Shown here: one piece after another, positions 1 to 9,890 of the stretch
How positions within the stretch are numbered: the first letter of the stretch is position 1
How the letters are laid out: every line of letters starts with the position of its first letter
Source: Patescibacteria group bacterium
GTDB lineage: Bacteria; Patescibacteriota; Dojkabacteria; JAKAPS01
Direction: 5' to 3'
Assembly (NCBI GenBank): GCA_025450075.1
Contig: JANWIC010000009.1
Coordinates: 38,368-102,367, forward strand
DNA: 64,000 nucleotides
Made by a program: the position numbers and the translations under genes
Notes under the pieces: model-generated
Databases searched by the model: none
The model's input: the letters and a program-made list of their open reading frames with translations, nothing else
Told to the model about the DNA's origin: nothing

Positions 1-361
1 GCGGAATTGCATCTATAATGAGTTGTATTTTTTCTTCCATTCTTTTTCCTTTTTCCTTTAATTCTTTTTCTCCAGTTTTGGTTAGATTTAAATGAATAAC
101 ACGTCGGTCTTTTTCGTCTTGGACCCTTGCTAGCAAGTAAGACTGCATTAACCGATTAGTAAGTTGAGTTGCAGATGAAATCGATATATCCATATGTAGA
201 GAAAGTTCCTTCATTGCGCATCCGGGATGCTTATATATATATGACATTGCCTCATATTGTAGAATTGTAGCTGCTTGGTCTTCCATATGACGACCCATAT
301 GCTGGAACCAAAACTTCTTAAGTTCAATAAAGGCTTGTATTATTTCTGTTTTCTTCTCCAT
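1..361 (-). CDS. MarR-family transcriptional regulator (3' end runs off the window)
   Basis: Not in the ORF track. Manual translation from ATG 361 gives MEKKTEIIQAFIELKKFWFQHMGRH...ATILQYEAMSYIYKHPGCAMKELSLHMDISISSATQLTNRLMQSYLLARVQDEKDRRVIHLNLTKTG, a winged HTH with the D-x-R wing motif. Confidence 0.85.
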   Translation of the reverse strand, partial: MEKKTEIIQAFIELKKFWFQHMGRHMEDQAATILQYEAMSYIYKHPGCAMKELSLHMDISISSATQLTNRLMQSYLLARVQDEKDRRVIHLNLTKTGEKELKEKGKRMEEKIQLIIDAIP

Positions 362-377
362 TGTTGTTCATCAGAGA

Positions 378-409
378 AATAGTTTATATCATAAACTATT
401 GATTGTCAA
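378..409 (-). promoter_or_regulatory. Sigma70 promoter of marR with overlapping palindromic operator
   Basis: Minus strand TTGACA(409-404)-17 bp-TAAACT(386-381); perfect inverted repeat AATAGTTTAT-atc-ATAAACTATT at 378-400. Confidence 0.7.
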
Positions 410-457
410 CTTTTGCGTGAGATGAGACAATCAATTATAATAAAGAAAATTGAAATT

Positions 458-1501
458 ATGGAAGAACCAAAAGAAATACAACGACTTCGAGGAATGGTTG
501 ACGGTAAACCACTACCAGAAACTCTAAAAGACCAGATCTATGTGCTTCTAGATAGAGTTTCTCGGGCATCTACATATGGTAACTACAGTAGTGAATATGA
601 AGGTGCGGCAAAATATATTGAATGGATTGTTTCTATTCCTTGGGAAACATACTCAAATGATAATCTTGATTTACAAAATGCAAAAGTCATTCTTGACCAG
701 GAGCATTATGGGATGAATAGCGTAAAAGAGCGAGTTTTGGAATATCTTGCCGTAGTAAACCTACTACATCAAAAGCAGGTATCTGCAAAAACTCCCATCT
801 TATGTTTTGTCGGTTTACAAGGAATTGGAAAGACAACGATGGCAAGATCAATTGCAAAAGCATTGGGCAGATCTTTTGAACGTATATCGCTTGGCGGAAT
901 GCCATCTGCCTTAGAATTATTAGGCAGGTCAAAAGCAAATCCAGATGCCGAGCCTGGCCTCATCATTAGAAGCCTTGTGAAGGCAAAATCAATAAACCCT
1001 GTTATTCTTCTTGATGAGATTGATAAAACAGGAAATGATTTAGGCTCTAGAGCAAGTGTCATGGCATCGCTACTTGAAATTTTAGATCCAGAACAAAATG
1101 CCACTTTTCGAGATAATTACATTGATTTTCCTGTTGATTTATCCCAAGTGTTTTTTGTTCTCACGGCAAATAATCTGGGAACAATATCAACAGCCCTTTT
1201 AGATAGGTTGGAAATTATTAAATTAACGGGATATTCAGATGAAGAAAAAGAAACGATTGCCAGAGACTATATCTTGCCTAAAGTATATGCAAACACAGGC
1301 ATTGATGAATCTAAACTCATTTTTACACCAGATGTATGGCCACTATTGATCCGTCCATTGGGGTATGAGGCGGGAATTCGTGAACTTGAACGTGTTTTAA
1401 TGGGAATTGGAAGGAAAGCAGCGAAAAAGATTCTTGAGAATCCTGATAATATAACTACTATTTCCATTGAGAATTACAAAGACTATATAAATGAAATATG
1501 A
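458..1501 (+). CDS. Lon-like AAA+ ATPase lacking the N-domain and the C-terminal Ser-Lys protease domain
   Basis: LDQEHYGMNSVKERVLEYLAV, Walker A GLQGIGKT, Walker B ILLDEIDK, LLEILDPEQN, LLDR; ends at KDYINEI. Start chosen at ATG 458. Confidence 0.85.
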   Translation: MEEPKEIQRLRGMVDGKPLPETLKDQIYVLLDRVSRASTYGNYSSEYEGAAKYIEWIVSIPWETYSNDNLDLQNAKVILDQEHYGMNSVKERVLEYLAVVNLLHQKQVSAKTPILCFVGLQGIGKTTMARSIAKALGRSFERISLGGMPSALELLGRSKANPDAEPGLIIRSLVKAKSINPVILLDEIDKTGNDLGSRASVMASLLEILDPEQNATFRDNYIDFPVDLSQVFFVLTANNLGTISTALLDRLEIIKLTGYSDEEKETIARDYILPKVYANTGIDESKLIFTPDVWPLLIRPLGYEAGIRELERVLMGIGRKAAKKILENPDNITTISIENYKDYINEI

Positions 1502-2118
1502 CATTAGACGAACTTGCTATACAGATTCGAAAATGTACGTTATGTGAGCTTGCGCAAGGTAGAACACATGCTGTTCCTGGGGAAGGTAATCCTCAAGCCG
1601 AAATTATGTTTATCGGAGAGGGACCTGGAGCCAATGAAGATAAACAAGGGATCCCGTTTTGTGGAGCATCTGGAAAATTTCTTGATGAATTACTGAAGTC
1701 TATTAATCTGAATAGAAGCGATGTATTTATTACAAATGTCGTGAAATGCCGTCCACCGGAAAATAGAGATCCACTTCCGCAGGAAATTGATATCTGTACA
1801 AAGCATTATCTGTTTAATCAGATTGAAGTTATCAATCCTAAAATCATCTGTTTTTTAGGGAGATACTCCATGGGATTATTCATGAAGGATATGAAAATAT
1901 CACAGGTGCATGGTAAGGCATTTAGAAGAAAAGATGGCCGGTATTACATTGCATTCTATCATCCTGCTGTTGCATTATATAACGGTTCAATGCGACAAGT
2001 GCTTTTAAATGATTTCAAAGTATTGGATAAAATCCTTAAAGGAAAGATAAAGGATGATGAAAAAGAAACCCCTCCAAAATCGGATGATACACCTCTCGAA
2101 ATGGTCTCTTTGTTTTGA
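1498..2118 (+). CDS. udg: Uracil-DNA glycosylase family 4
   Basis: CTLCEL Fe-S motif, IGEGPG, TNVVKCRPPENRDP, YHPA. Confidence 0.93.
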   Translation: MTLDELAIQIRKCTLCELAQGRTHAVPGEGNPQAEIMFIGEGPGANEDKQGIPFCGASGKFLDELLKSINLNRSDVFITNVVKCRPPENRDPLPQEIDICTKHYLFNQIEVINPKIICFLGRYSMGLFMKDMKISQVHGKAFRRKDGRYYIAFYHPAVALYNGSMRQVLLNDFKVLDKILKGKIKDDEKETPPKSDDTPLEMVSLF

Positions 2119-2202
2119 AACAAATTGCCGAGAATCTTGCTTATTCATTGCAAATTACCTCTTTAACATGTTATGCTTTAATGTGAGAAAATATATATAA
2201 AT

Positions 2203-3432
2203 ATGCCTCTTCCTTTTTTTTCGAAAAAATATAAAGATCAAAATCAGGTTTATATATCTCTTGATGTTGGGACAGAATTTGTCAAGGTAATTGTCTTTAG
2301 CGTAGAGGATAATATGGTTGTTGTAAAAGGAGCAGGAAAAACGAGACAGCCAATAAGTGCTGTAAAAAATGGACAAGTAACAAATATTAAAAATGTGGTT
2401 GATACTTCAAAATCCGCTATTGAAAAAGCAGTTGAAGGAATGAAAGGATTTATCCCACAGGATGTGATAATGGGAGTAGCTGGTGAACTTGTTCGTGGTG
2501 TATCAGTGATTGCCAATTATAATAGAGATAATGTCGATGCAAAAATAACATTTGAAGAAGTCTTAAAAGTATTTGAAAAGATAAAAGATGCATCTTTGCA
2601 AGAAGCTCAACATATATTTATTGAGACTACTGGAAAAAACAATCCGCAGATCAGGCAAATTAATGCAAGCATTGTCGATTCATATATAGACGAATACAGG
2701 GTTGAAACTGTCCTTGGATTTCCTGGAAAAAATGTAAAACTTACCATATATAGTACCTATGCACCGCTTGTTCATGTTGGTGCTCTTGATAATGTTGCAA
2801 AATCACTTAAACTAAAGCCATTATTAATTGCTGCAGAGCCGTTTGCAGTTGCCAGATCAGTAGTTGGGGCGAGGGATGAAAGTTTTGAAGCAATCATTAT
2901 TGATATTGGTGGAGGAACAACTGATATAGCAATTGTTAAAAAAGGTGGGGTTGTAGATACACACATGCTTGCTTTTGGTGGTCGTGTTTTTACTAAACGA
3001 ATCGCCCAAGAAATGAATATTGATTATGATAAGGCAGAAAAATTTAAAATGGACTATACGGAAGGAACATTGGATAGAGCAACTGCAAATATTGTTAAAA
3101 AAGCAGTCTCAAAAGATATTAATCTTTGGATTACCGGAGTTGAACTTGCCCTAAAAGAATTTGGAGGAGTGAAAGTTTTTCCTTCAAGTATTTTACTTTG
3201 TGGTGGAGGAAGCCTTCTTCCCGAAATAAAAGATGCCCTTATTCAGCATCCTTGGACAGATATTCTTCCTTTCAATAGAGTCCCAAAAGTTGTTTTCTTA
3301 AAACCTGAAAATATTGATAGTGTCGTTGATGAAAAGAACCTTGCTCAGGGAATAGAAATGGTAACTCCATTATCTCTTGCCAGACTTGTGCTTGATTTGA
3401 AAAATAACCTTGAACTAGTTAAAGGAACTTGA
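2203..3432 (+). CDS. ftsA: FtsA-like actin-fold ATPase
   Basis: SLDVGTEFVKV, AEPFA, IIDIGGGTTDIA, LCGGGSLL motifs. Confidence 0.8.
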   Translation: MPLPFFSKKYKDQNQVYISLDVGTEFVKVIVFSVEDNMVVVKGAGKTRQPISAVKNGQVTNIKNVVDTSKSAIEKAVEGMKGFIPQDVIMGVAGELVRGVSVIANYNRDNVDAKITFEEVLKVFEKIKDASLQEAQHIFIETTGKNNPQIRQINASIVDSYIDEYRVETVLGFPGKNVKLTIYSTYAPLVHVGALDNVAKSLKLKPLLIAAEPFAVARSVVGARDESFEAIIIDIGGGTTDIAIVKKGGVVDTHMLAFGGRVFTKRIAQEMNIDYDKAEKFKMDYTEGTLDRATANIVKKAVSKDINLWITGVELALKEFGGVKVFPSSILLCGGGSLLPEIKDALIQHPWTDILPFNRVPKVVFLKPENIDSVVDEKNLAQGIEMVTPLSLARLVLDLKNNLELVKGT

Positions 3433-3433
3433 T

Positions 3434-5476
3434 ATGGAAAATACAAAGATATTTATAGATATAGATGATGAGATAACATTTGTAGCGGAACGTGTTCTTG
3501 CTACAAAAACTCCTTATGTTATCCTTGTAATTCCTGAAAGAGCTACGATTCTTTCAAGTTTAGCAAGTTTAAAACTTTTATCTTATGTGGTTGGCAAAAG
3601 TGGTAAGCAGGTTGTCGTTGTTACAATGGATGAGGTTGGTAAAGTTCTTGCTGAAAGGGCAGGATTTTTAACACGAAATAGAGTTGGTGAAGTAGAAACA
3701 ACAATATGGGATTCAATTGAGGGAGCAAAAGATGAACAAAAAATTGAGGAGGTAGTACCAGAAGCAAAAAAAAGTGAAGTTGTGACTGAACAGGAAGCAA
3801 TTCCTGTTGTGGATAAAGAAGAGGATATAGTTGAGCCAGAAATTTTAAAAGAAGAGGAGCAGAACCAGCCATCTATTATTGCTGTACAGCCAATAATCCA
3901 GGAAAAAGAAATTGAAAGACCTGTTGAAGTATTACCGAAAGAAGAAATAATCGAAGAAAAACCGTTAGAAGAACCAGAACAATCTGTTCTTGATATAGAA
4001 GAGATCCCTCTTGTTGAGACTAAAGAAGTTCCTGCCGTTGAGCCTAAAATCACAAATTCTAAACCCAAATATGTAGAATCTGTTAAAATAGTAAAGCTGG
4101 ATGGTTTTGAATTGATTGTAGGGGGAGACGCAGCTGTTATCAGAAAATCGAGAGAAATTGAACGAAAAGTTATTACTAAAAAAGCTGACACTATTTCTTC
4201 TTTGCGTTTGTCATCTGAAAGATATTATGAAGAAGGAATCGTAGGAAAAGATATTGAAGCAAATATAGCAAAAAAAAAAATAACAAATAAATCCATTTTA
4301 CAAATTATGCAAACGGTAGATACTATAAAAAAGAATACCTCTGGACGTTTTAAAAAGTGGATGGTTATTCCTATTGCTATTCTTTTGTTATTACTCATAA
4401 TCTTTTCCTTTGTTATAATGCCTTCTGCGCAAGTAGCAATAACAGTAAAAGCACAACCGTTAACTGATTCTTCCGATGTGCTAGCTAACGTGAATACATC
4501 CCAGGTTGATCCAAATGCAAAAACAATCCCTGCATATTATATAGATGTAAATGAAAGCTCATCTTCATCAGCAAATACAACAGGAGCAAAAGTTATTGGG
4601 AATAAGGCGACGGGAAATGTAACTTTCTATAGTGTGAGTAAAACTTCATTTACAATTCCTAAAGGAACAGTTTTTGTGACAAATGATCAAAATGCATTAA
4701 GCTATACACTCGATAATGATGTAGCAATAAACGGAACGCCTGCTGCAGTTGTAACACAAACAGGAGGCTTGACAGCATCTGATATCGGAACAAAATATAA
4801 CATTGCAGCTAATACACCATTTACGATTCAATTAAGTAATGTTCCGGCAGGAATTACTGCTGCTTCAGGAAGTGCTTTTACGGGTGGAACTTCTCAAAAT
4901 GCACAAGTGGTCGCGCAAACTGACCAAGATCATTTGCTTGCCGGTCTTGAGCAGCAACTATACCAAAAAGGACAGGATGAATTACAGGCAAAACTAACTA
5001 GCGATATGATAGTTGCAAAGGACACTCAAAAAAATGAGGATGTAACAAAATCTTTCGATAGTAATGTCGGGGATAAATCGAATATTTTGAACCTTTCATT
5101 AACAACCAAAACAAGTGTCATCGTTTACAAGCTTTCCGATCTTACAACGTATGAGAACAAAGTTATAGCGCAAAGTTTGAACAAAAATGATACAATTAGT
5201 AACTTGTCAGTATCGCAAACATATAAAGGATATGATACAACAGCACAAAACTTGAAAATTAAAATTGATGCAAAAGCACTTGCTACTCCCGTATTAGATA
5301 AGGCTACAATAACGAAAAATATTACTAGAACATTGCAAGGTAATGCAGCATCATATATTAAGAAAGTAAATGGCGTAGTTGACGTCTCTATAAAAGTGTC
5401 TCCGTTCTGGTATGACATTTTTAAAATGATGCCTCTTCGTCAAAATAACATTACCATAGTGGTAAAAACACAATAA
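3434..5476 (+). CDS. Single-pass membrane protein with Glu-rich linker and baseplate-J-like extracytoplasmic domain
   Basis: N-terminal IFIDIDDEIT domain, E/P/V-rich linker, TM (WMVIPIAILLLLLIIFSFVI), then KATGNVTFY...TIPKGTVF...GTKYNIAA...FTGG, typical of CPR baseplate J-like proteins. Confidence 0.65.
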   Translation: MENTKIFIDIDDEITFVAERVLATKTPYVILVIPERATILSSLASLKLLSYVVGKSGKQVVVVTMDEVGKVLAERAGFLTRNRVGEVETTIWDSIEGAKDEQKIEEVVPEAKKSEVVTEQEAIPVVDKEEDIVEPEILKEEEQNQPSIIAVQPIIQEKEIERPVEVLPKEEIIEEKPLEEPEQSVLDIEEIPLVETKEVPAVEPKITNSKPKYVESVKIVKLDGFELIVGGDAAVIRKSREIERKVITKKADTISSLRLSSERYYEEGIVGKDIEANIAKKKITNKSILQIMQTVDTIKKNTSGRFKKWMVIPIAILLLLLIIFSFVIMPSAQVAITVKAQPLTDSSDVLANVNTSQVDPNAKTIPAYYIDVNESSSSSANTTGAKVIGNKATGNVTFYSVSKTSFTIPKGTVFVTNDQNALSYTLDNDVAINGTPAAVVTQTGGLTASDIGTKYNIAANTPFTIQLSNVPAGITAASGSAFTGGTSQNAQVVAQTDQDHLLAGLEQQLYQKGQDELQAKLTSDMIVAKDTQKNEDVTKSFDSNVGDKSNILNLSLTTKTSVIVYKLSDLTTYENKVIAQSLNKNDTISNLSVSQTYKGYDTTAQNLKIKIDAKALATPVLDKATITKNITRTLQGNAASYIKKVNGVVDVSIKVSPFWYDIFKMMPLRQNNITIVVKTQ

Positions 5477-5478
5477 TC

Positions 5479-7710
5479 ATGGGAAGAAAGAAAAAGAAAA
5501 AAAAGATCACAATCAAAAGTGAAGAGACAACTACTATCTTTGGAGTCTTGGCCTTAGTTGCTGCTGGATTAGTTCTCTCAAGCATCTTTGTTACAAATCA
5601 CTACTTACTTAAGTTACATATCTTTTTTGGAGGAGGATCAGTATTTGCAGCTGTATTACTTCTCATTTTTGCTCTGAGGATGTTTGGGAATAAATTCAGA
5701 TTCAATAAAGGCAAAGTACTGATTAGTCTTTGTGTATTTTTGATGGCTTCTCTTGGTTTTATTCAACTTTTTTCGTATAACAACCAAGCTGATGATGTAT
5801 CATTACTAAATGGTGGAGGAACTTTAGGATATTGGGTCTCAAATACGGCAAATAATATTTTGGGTACAAGTCTTGCAGAAATTGTTTTGGCAATTATTGC
5901 ACTTATCTCCTTTATTTTAGGATTATCTATTCCAATAACAAAAATATTTCGACTTGTTCGCGCTTTTACTAATGCGGTTACGCACTTATTTAGTAATAAG
6001 ATCTATCCTTTCTGTTCATCACTAACAAAACATGGATATGAATCATATCAAGCAAGAAAAAAACAAAAGAAACCTCAACAGTCAGAAAAACAACAGAAAA
6101 CCCCTATGCCAGCTGCCTCAGTATCACATGATACTCCTATGATGGTAGGCGACCTTTCAGGACGGAATGTCATTCCATCCCCTGAACCAAGAACTGATGT
6201 CCCTGTCGTTACTACAGCGGCGCAAATGGCTGAACATAAGGCTGTCGTATCTGAAGAGCAATTTGCTCACTGGCAATACCCTCCTCTTGATCTATTGAAT
6301 AAACCAAAGCCATATGTGGCACATGATGAAAATGTAAAAAAGAATTCCGATATCATTGAAAAGACATTAGAAAGCTTCGGTATCCTTGCTAAGGTGGCTG
6401 ATGTAAAAATAGGGCCAGTGGTAACACAATATGCCCTCCAAATTACAATGGGGACCAAAGTTGCAAAGATTAATAATTTAAGTAAAGATCTTGCCCTAGC
6501 ATTAGCTGCTCCATCAGGTATGGTTCGTGTTGAAGCTCCGATACCAGGAACTTCTTTAGTAGGGATAGAAATGCCAAATTCACATCCAAGAACCGTATCA
6601 CTTAGAGAAATAATGGAATCACCCGACATGATGGGTAGTGGAATGAAGCTACCAATAGCATTGGGAAGAGATGTTTCCGGAAGCGTAATGATAAAAGACC
6701 TCCAAAAGATGCCTCATTTACTCATCGCCGGTTCTACCGGATCAGGTAAATCAGTGACCGTAAACTCATTTATCATAAGCCTTTTATTCAAACATTCACC
6801 GAATGAACTGAAGTTAATTATGGTAGATCCAAAGCAAGTTGAATTGTCACAATATAATGGAATTCCGCACTTGTTAGTTCCCGTCATAACAGATATGGAA
6901 AAAGTTGTAAATGCATTGAAATGGGCATTAGTAGAAATGGATAGCAGGTATAAACGATTTAAAGAGGTGCAAGTTCGAAATATTGAAGGATATAACCAGC
7001 GACCAGATGTAGAACAATTGCCGTATATCGTCATTATTATTGATGAAATGGCGGATCTGATGATGGTACAAGGTGTAGAAGTAGAAAGTTGTATTGTCCG
7101 TCTTGCTCAAATGGCACGAGCTGTTGGAATCCATTTGGTTCTCGCAACGCAACGTCCATCTGTCAATGTTATTACTGGGCTTATCAAGGCAAATATCCCT
7201 GCCCGTATTGGTATGAGTGTCGTTTCAGTTATTGACTCACGAGTAATTCTTGATACTACAGGAGCTGAAACTTTGCTTGGGAAAGGAGATATGCTTTTTA
7301 AACTTCCTGATTCTATTCGTCCGGTACGTGTTCAAGGCGTATGGACGAGTGATGAAGAAATTGAAAGAGTCCTACTTTTCATTAAAGAACAATCCCCTGA
7401 AGTCGAATATTCTGAAGAAATTACACAATTTCAAGAAGGAGAAAAGAAGAGCATGGTTGGGCATGGTTGGGAAGATGCAATGTTTCCTGATGCGGTGCAT
7501 GTCGTTGTAAATGCAGGAAGAGGATCAGCTTCAATACTACAATCAAAACTTCGAATTGGTTATGCTCGTGCTGCGAGACTTATCGAAGAATTAGAGGTAC
7601 GTGGAGTGGTAGGACGTCAAGATGGAAGTAAACCAAGAGATGTATTAATTACCGATGCTGACGTTTTCTTAGGTCAGCAGCAACAAATGAATGATGAAAA
7701 CAGTAGGTGA
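5479..7710 (+). CDS. ftsK: DNA translocase FtsK/SpoIIIE
   Basis: N-terminal TMs, PHLLIAGSTGSGKS, IIIDEMADLM, LATQRPS, C-terminal gamma domain LRIGYARAARL. Confidence 0.96.
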   Translation: MGRKKKKKKITIKSEETTTIFGVLALVAAGLVLSSIFVTNHYLLKLHIFFGGGSVFAAVLLLIFALRMFGNKFRFNKGKVLISLCVFLMASLGFIQLFSYNNQADDVSLLNGGGTLGYWVSNTANNILGTSLAEIVLAIIALISFILGLSIPITKIFRLVRAFTNAVTHLFSNKIYPFCSSLTKHGYESYQARKKQKKPQQSEKQQKTPMPAASVSHDTPMMVGDLSGRNVIPSPEPRTDVPVVTTAAQMAEHKAVVSEEQFAHWQYPPLDLLNKPKPYVAHDENVKKNSDIIEKTLESFGILAKVADVKIGPVVTQYALQITMGTKVAKINNLSKDLALALAAPSGMVRVEAPIPGTSLVGIEMPNSHPRTVSLREIMESPDMMGSGMKLPIALGRDVSGSVMIKDLQKMPHLLIAGSTGSGKSVTVNSFIISLLFKHSPNELKLIMVDPKQVELSQYNGIPHLLVPVITDMEKVVNALKWALVEMDSRYKRFKEVQVRNIEGYNQRPDVEQLPYIVIIIDEMADLMMVQGVEVESCIVRLAQMARAVGIHLVLATQRPSVNVITGLIKANIPARIGMSVVSVIDSRVILDTTGAETLLGKGDMLFKLPDSIRPVRVQGVWTSDEEIERVLLFIKEQSPEVEYSEEITQFQEGEKKSMVGHGWEDAMFPDAVHVVVNAGRGSASILQSKLRIGYARAARLIEELEVRGVVGRQDGSKPRDVLITDADVFLGQQQQMNDENSR

Positions 7711-8659
7711 AACATTACGAACTGCCCGAGAAAAAAATAACTATGACCTCCATTATATTTCCGATACACTTAAAATACGGGAAAAATATCTTGAGGCACT
7801 TGAAGTAGGAGATTATTCACTTTTTCCTTCTCCAATATATATTAAAGGATTTTTAAAAAATTACGCTAAATTTCTTCATCTTGATGAAAATGAATTGCTT
7901 GCTTTATACAGGAGAGAATATACTGATCCTGTAGCGAAAGATCCTTACTGGGAGCGATCACGTCCGGTAGTAAAAACGATTAAATTTGCATTAAAACCAA
8001 GCCATCTTGTTACTGCCTTTACGATAATATTTGTCCTTTTTATTGTTGGATATCTATTTTATGAATTTCGGCTTTTTTCAACACCTCCAGCTTTACAGAT
8101 AAGTACTCCAAGTGAAAATGAAATCGTGAATACAAATAGTATTACTGTAATTGGTACTACTGATCCAGCAAATAAAGTATATATTAATGGTGCACAAGTT
8201 CCATATATTAGTACAACGGGTGATTTCTCATTAACTGTAAATCTCCATGATAATATTAATGAATTGACAATAACCTCAACAAACAATTTGAACAGGACTA
8301 CAACTATTAAGCGTGATGTCATATTCGTGAATAAGGCATTAAGCGTTTCTCAAACCACAACTCCAACTCCATCTTCCTTGTCTCTTTCTGCTCGATTGGT
8401 CATATCCGGTGATAATACATGGATCCATGTGAACGCAGATAATAAAGTGATAATTAATGGGGAAGTATTAACCCCCGGAACAATTAAAACGTTCTCAGCA
8501 CTGCAAACTATTGTAATTCAGACAGGTCGGCCAAGTGACACAAAATTCTCTGTTAATGGGCAAACAATTGATCTGTCTGGAGATGGAACCCAAGTAGTCG
8601 TGACAAAAAAAATATCATTTGATGCTACTGGAAATTTAAAAATTGAAAATATCCCTTAA
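7691..8659 (+). CDS. rodZ: RodZ-like HTH membrane protein
   Basis: GETLRTARE...YLEALE...YIKGFLKNYAKFL HTH_25, TM, Ig-like and DUF4115-like C-terminus; follows ftsK. Confidence 0.8.
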   Translation: MMKTVGETLRTAREKNNYDLHYISDTLKIREKYLEALEVGDYSLFPSPIYIKGFLKNYAKFLHLDENELLALYRREYTDPVAKDPYWERSRPVVKTIKFALKPSHLVTAFTIIFVLFIVGYLFYEFRLFSTPPALQISTPSENEIVNTNSITVIGTTDPANKVYINGAQVPYISTTGDFSLTVNLHDNINELTITSTNNLNRTTTIKRDVIFVNKALSVSQTTTPTPSSLSLSARLVISGDNTWIHVNADNKVIINGEVLTPGTIKTFSALQTIVIQTGRPSDTKFSVNGQTIDLSGDGTQVVVTKKISFDATGNLKIENIP

Positions 8660-8660
8660 T

Positions 8661-9833
8661 ATGAAAATATCGTTCTTTATGCCATTGCATGATAAAGGAA
8701 TTCGAATTTATTCAGACCATCTAATTGCAGCAATGGAAAAAGATACTGAAATTCAAGTGCATCGTGTAGGTTTGGAAAAAATCTTTCGCATAAATTTTCA
8801 TCCTTTTCGTTATTTCTTTGCACTTGGTTTATACAAGAAGCTTGGAAAAGAGATGAATGTGGGTGATATTGCGCATATACAGCATGATTATTCTCTCTTT
8901 TGTTTGTGGAATAATCCCTTTGAAAATATGTACCGCCATTTTAGAAAGCAAATCCATATTCCAACGGTATTAACCGCCCATGAAATTGTGCATAGGACAA
9001 TTAGAGATGAGAAAAATATTGTTTTAAAGCTGAAATATATGCTTAAACGACTCTATTACATTCTTTTCCAAAAATACATGCGATATATCGAAGTAGGGAT
9101 GTTTGAAGAATGTGATGCAGTTATCGTTCATACAAGAAAGTCTTTCCAAACATTGGTAGAGCGTGGGGTAAATGCTTCAAGGATCCATGTTATTCCTCAT
9201 GGTATAGCGAATGTAGAAAAAAGTACATTAACGAAAGAGCAGGCAAAGGAAAAATTTAAAGTTTCCGGCAAATATGTACTGACAACATTTGGCCTAATAC
9301 ATGAACGGAAAGGTCAGGATATTGTAATAGATGTTCTTAAAGAGCTGGATGAGGATTGTGTCTATCTCGTTGCTGGAACAATTGAAAAAAGAAAAGTTTT
9401 TAAAAAATATTTTGCTTTTCTCCAAGATAGGGTAAAAGAATTGGGATTGGATGATAGAGTTATTTTTACAGATTTTATCAATGACAATGACGTAAAAGAC
9501 CTTATGATGGCTACAGATATTATCATTTATCCTGCCAGAGAAATTACTGCTTCCGGTTCTATTAGTGATGCTATTGCTTATGGAAAAGCAATTATCGCAT
9601 CTGATCTTGAATTTGTCAGGGAAATAAATGAGAGGATTAAGTGTATAGCAACTTACTCACATGATGATACAAACTCCATGGTAAATATGATAAAATCTAT
9701 GAGACAAAATGAAGATCAAAGAATTGGACTCGAGGATAAAGCAAACAAATATGCGGCTTTATATGGATATGAATATAGTGCAAAAAAAACTATTGAAGTA
9801 TATAAAATTGTGCAGAGTGTAAGGCATAATTAA
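8661..9833 (+). CDS. Glycosyltransferase family 4
   Basis: HIQH, VIPHG, FGLIHERKG, SGSISDAIAYGKAIIASD. Confidence 0.88.
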   Translation: MKISFFMPLHDKGIRIYSDHLIAAMEKDTEIQVHRVGLEKIFRINFHPFRYFFALGLYKKLGKEMNVGDIAHIQHDYSLFCLWNNPFENMYRHFRKQIHIPTVLTAHEIVHRTIRDEKNIVLKLKYMLKRLYYILFQKYMRYIEVGMFEECDAVIVHTRKSFQTLVERGVNASRIHVIPHGIANVEKSTLTKEQAKEKFKVSGKYVLTTFGLIHERKGQDIVIDVLKELDEDCVYLVAGTIEKRKVFKKYFAFLQDRVKELGLDDRVIFTDFINDNDVKDLMMATDIIIYPAREITASGSISDAIAYGKAIIASDLEFVREINERIKCIATYSHDDTNSMVNMIKSMRQNEDQRIGLEDKANKYAALYGYEYSAKKTIEVYKIVQSVRHN

Positions 9834-9890
9834 CTGAAGTATATAAAATTTTAATCTGGCGTTATACTACTCTTATCATTATTTTTATTT

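Noticed and set aside
1498-2200. Frameshifted Lon protease domain downstream of the Lon-like ORF
   Set aside because: The region is fully occupied by an intact udg, and no Lon PKDGPSAG-like motif is evident.
3583-4191. 202-aa antisense ORF and similar shadow ORFs (e.g. 12947-13393, 18764-19219, 47597-48019, 63669-63986)
   Set aside because: They lie opposite well-supported genes, have Ser/Ile/Phe-rich mirror composition and show no motifs.
3434-5476. Prophage or contractile injection system suggested by the baseplate-J-like domain
   Set aside because: The protein is membrane-anchored, lies among division genes, and has no sheath, tube, capsid or terminase neighbours.
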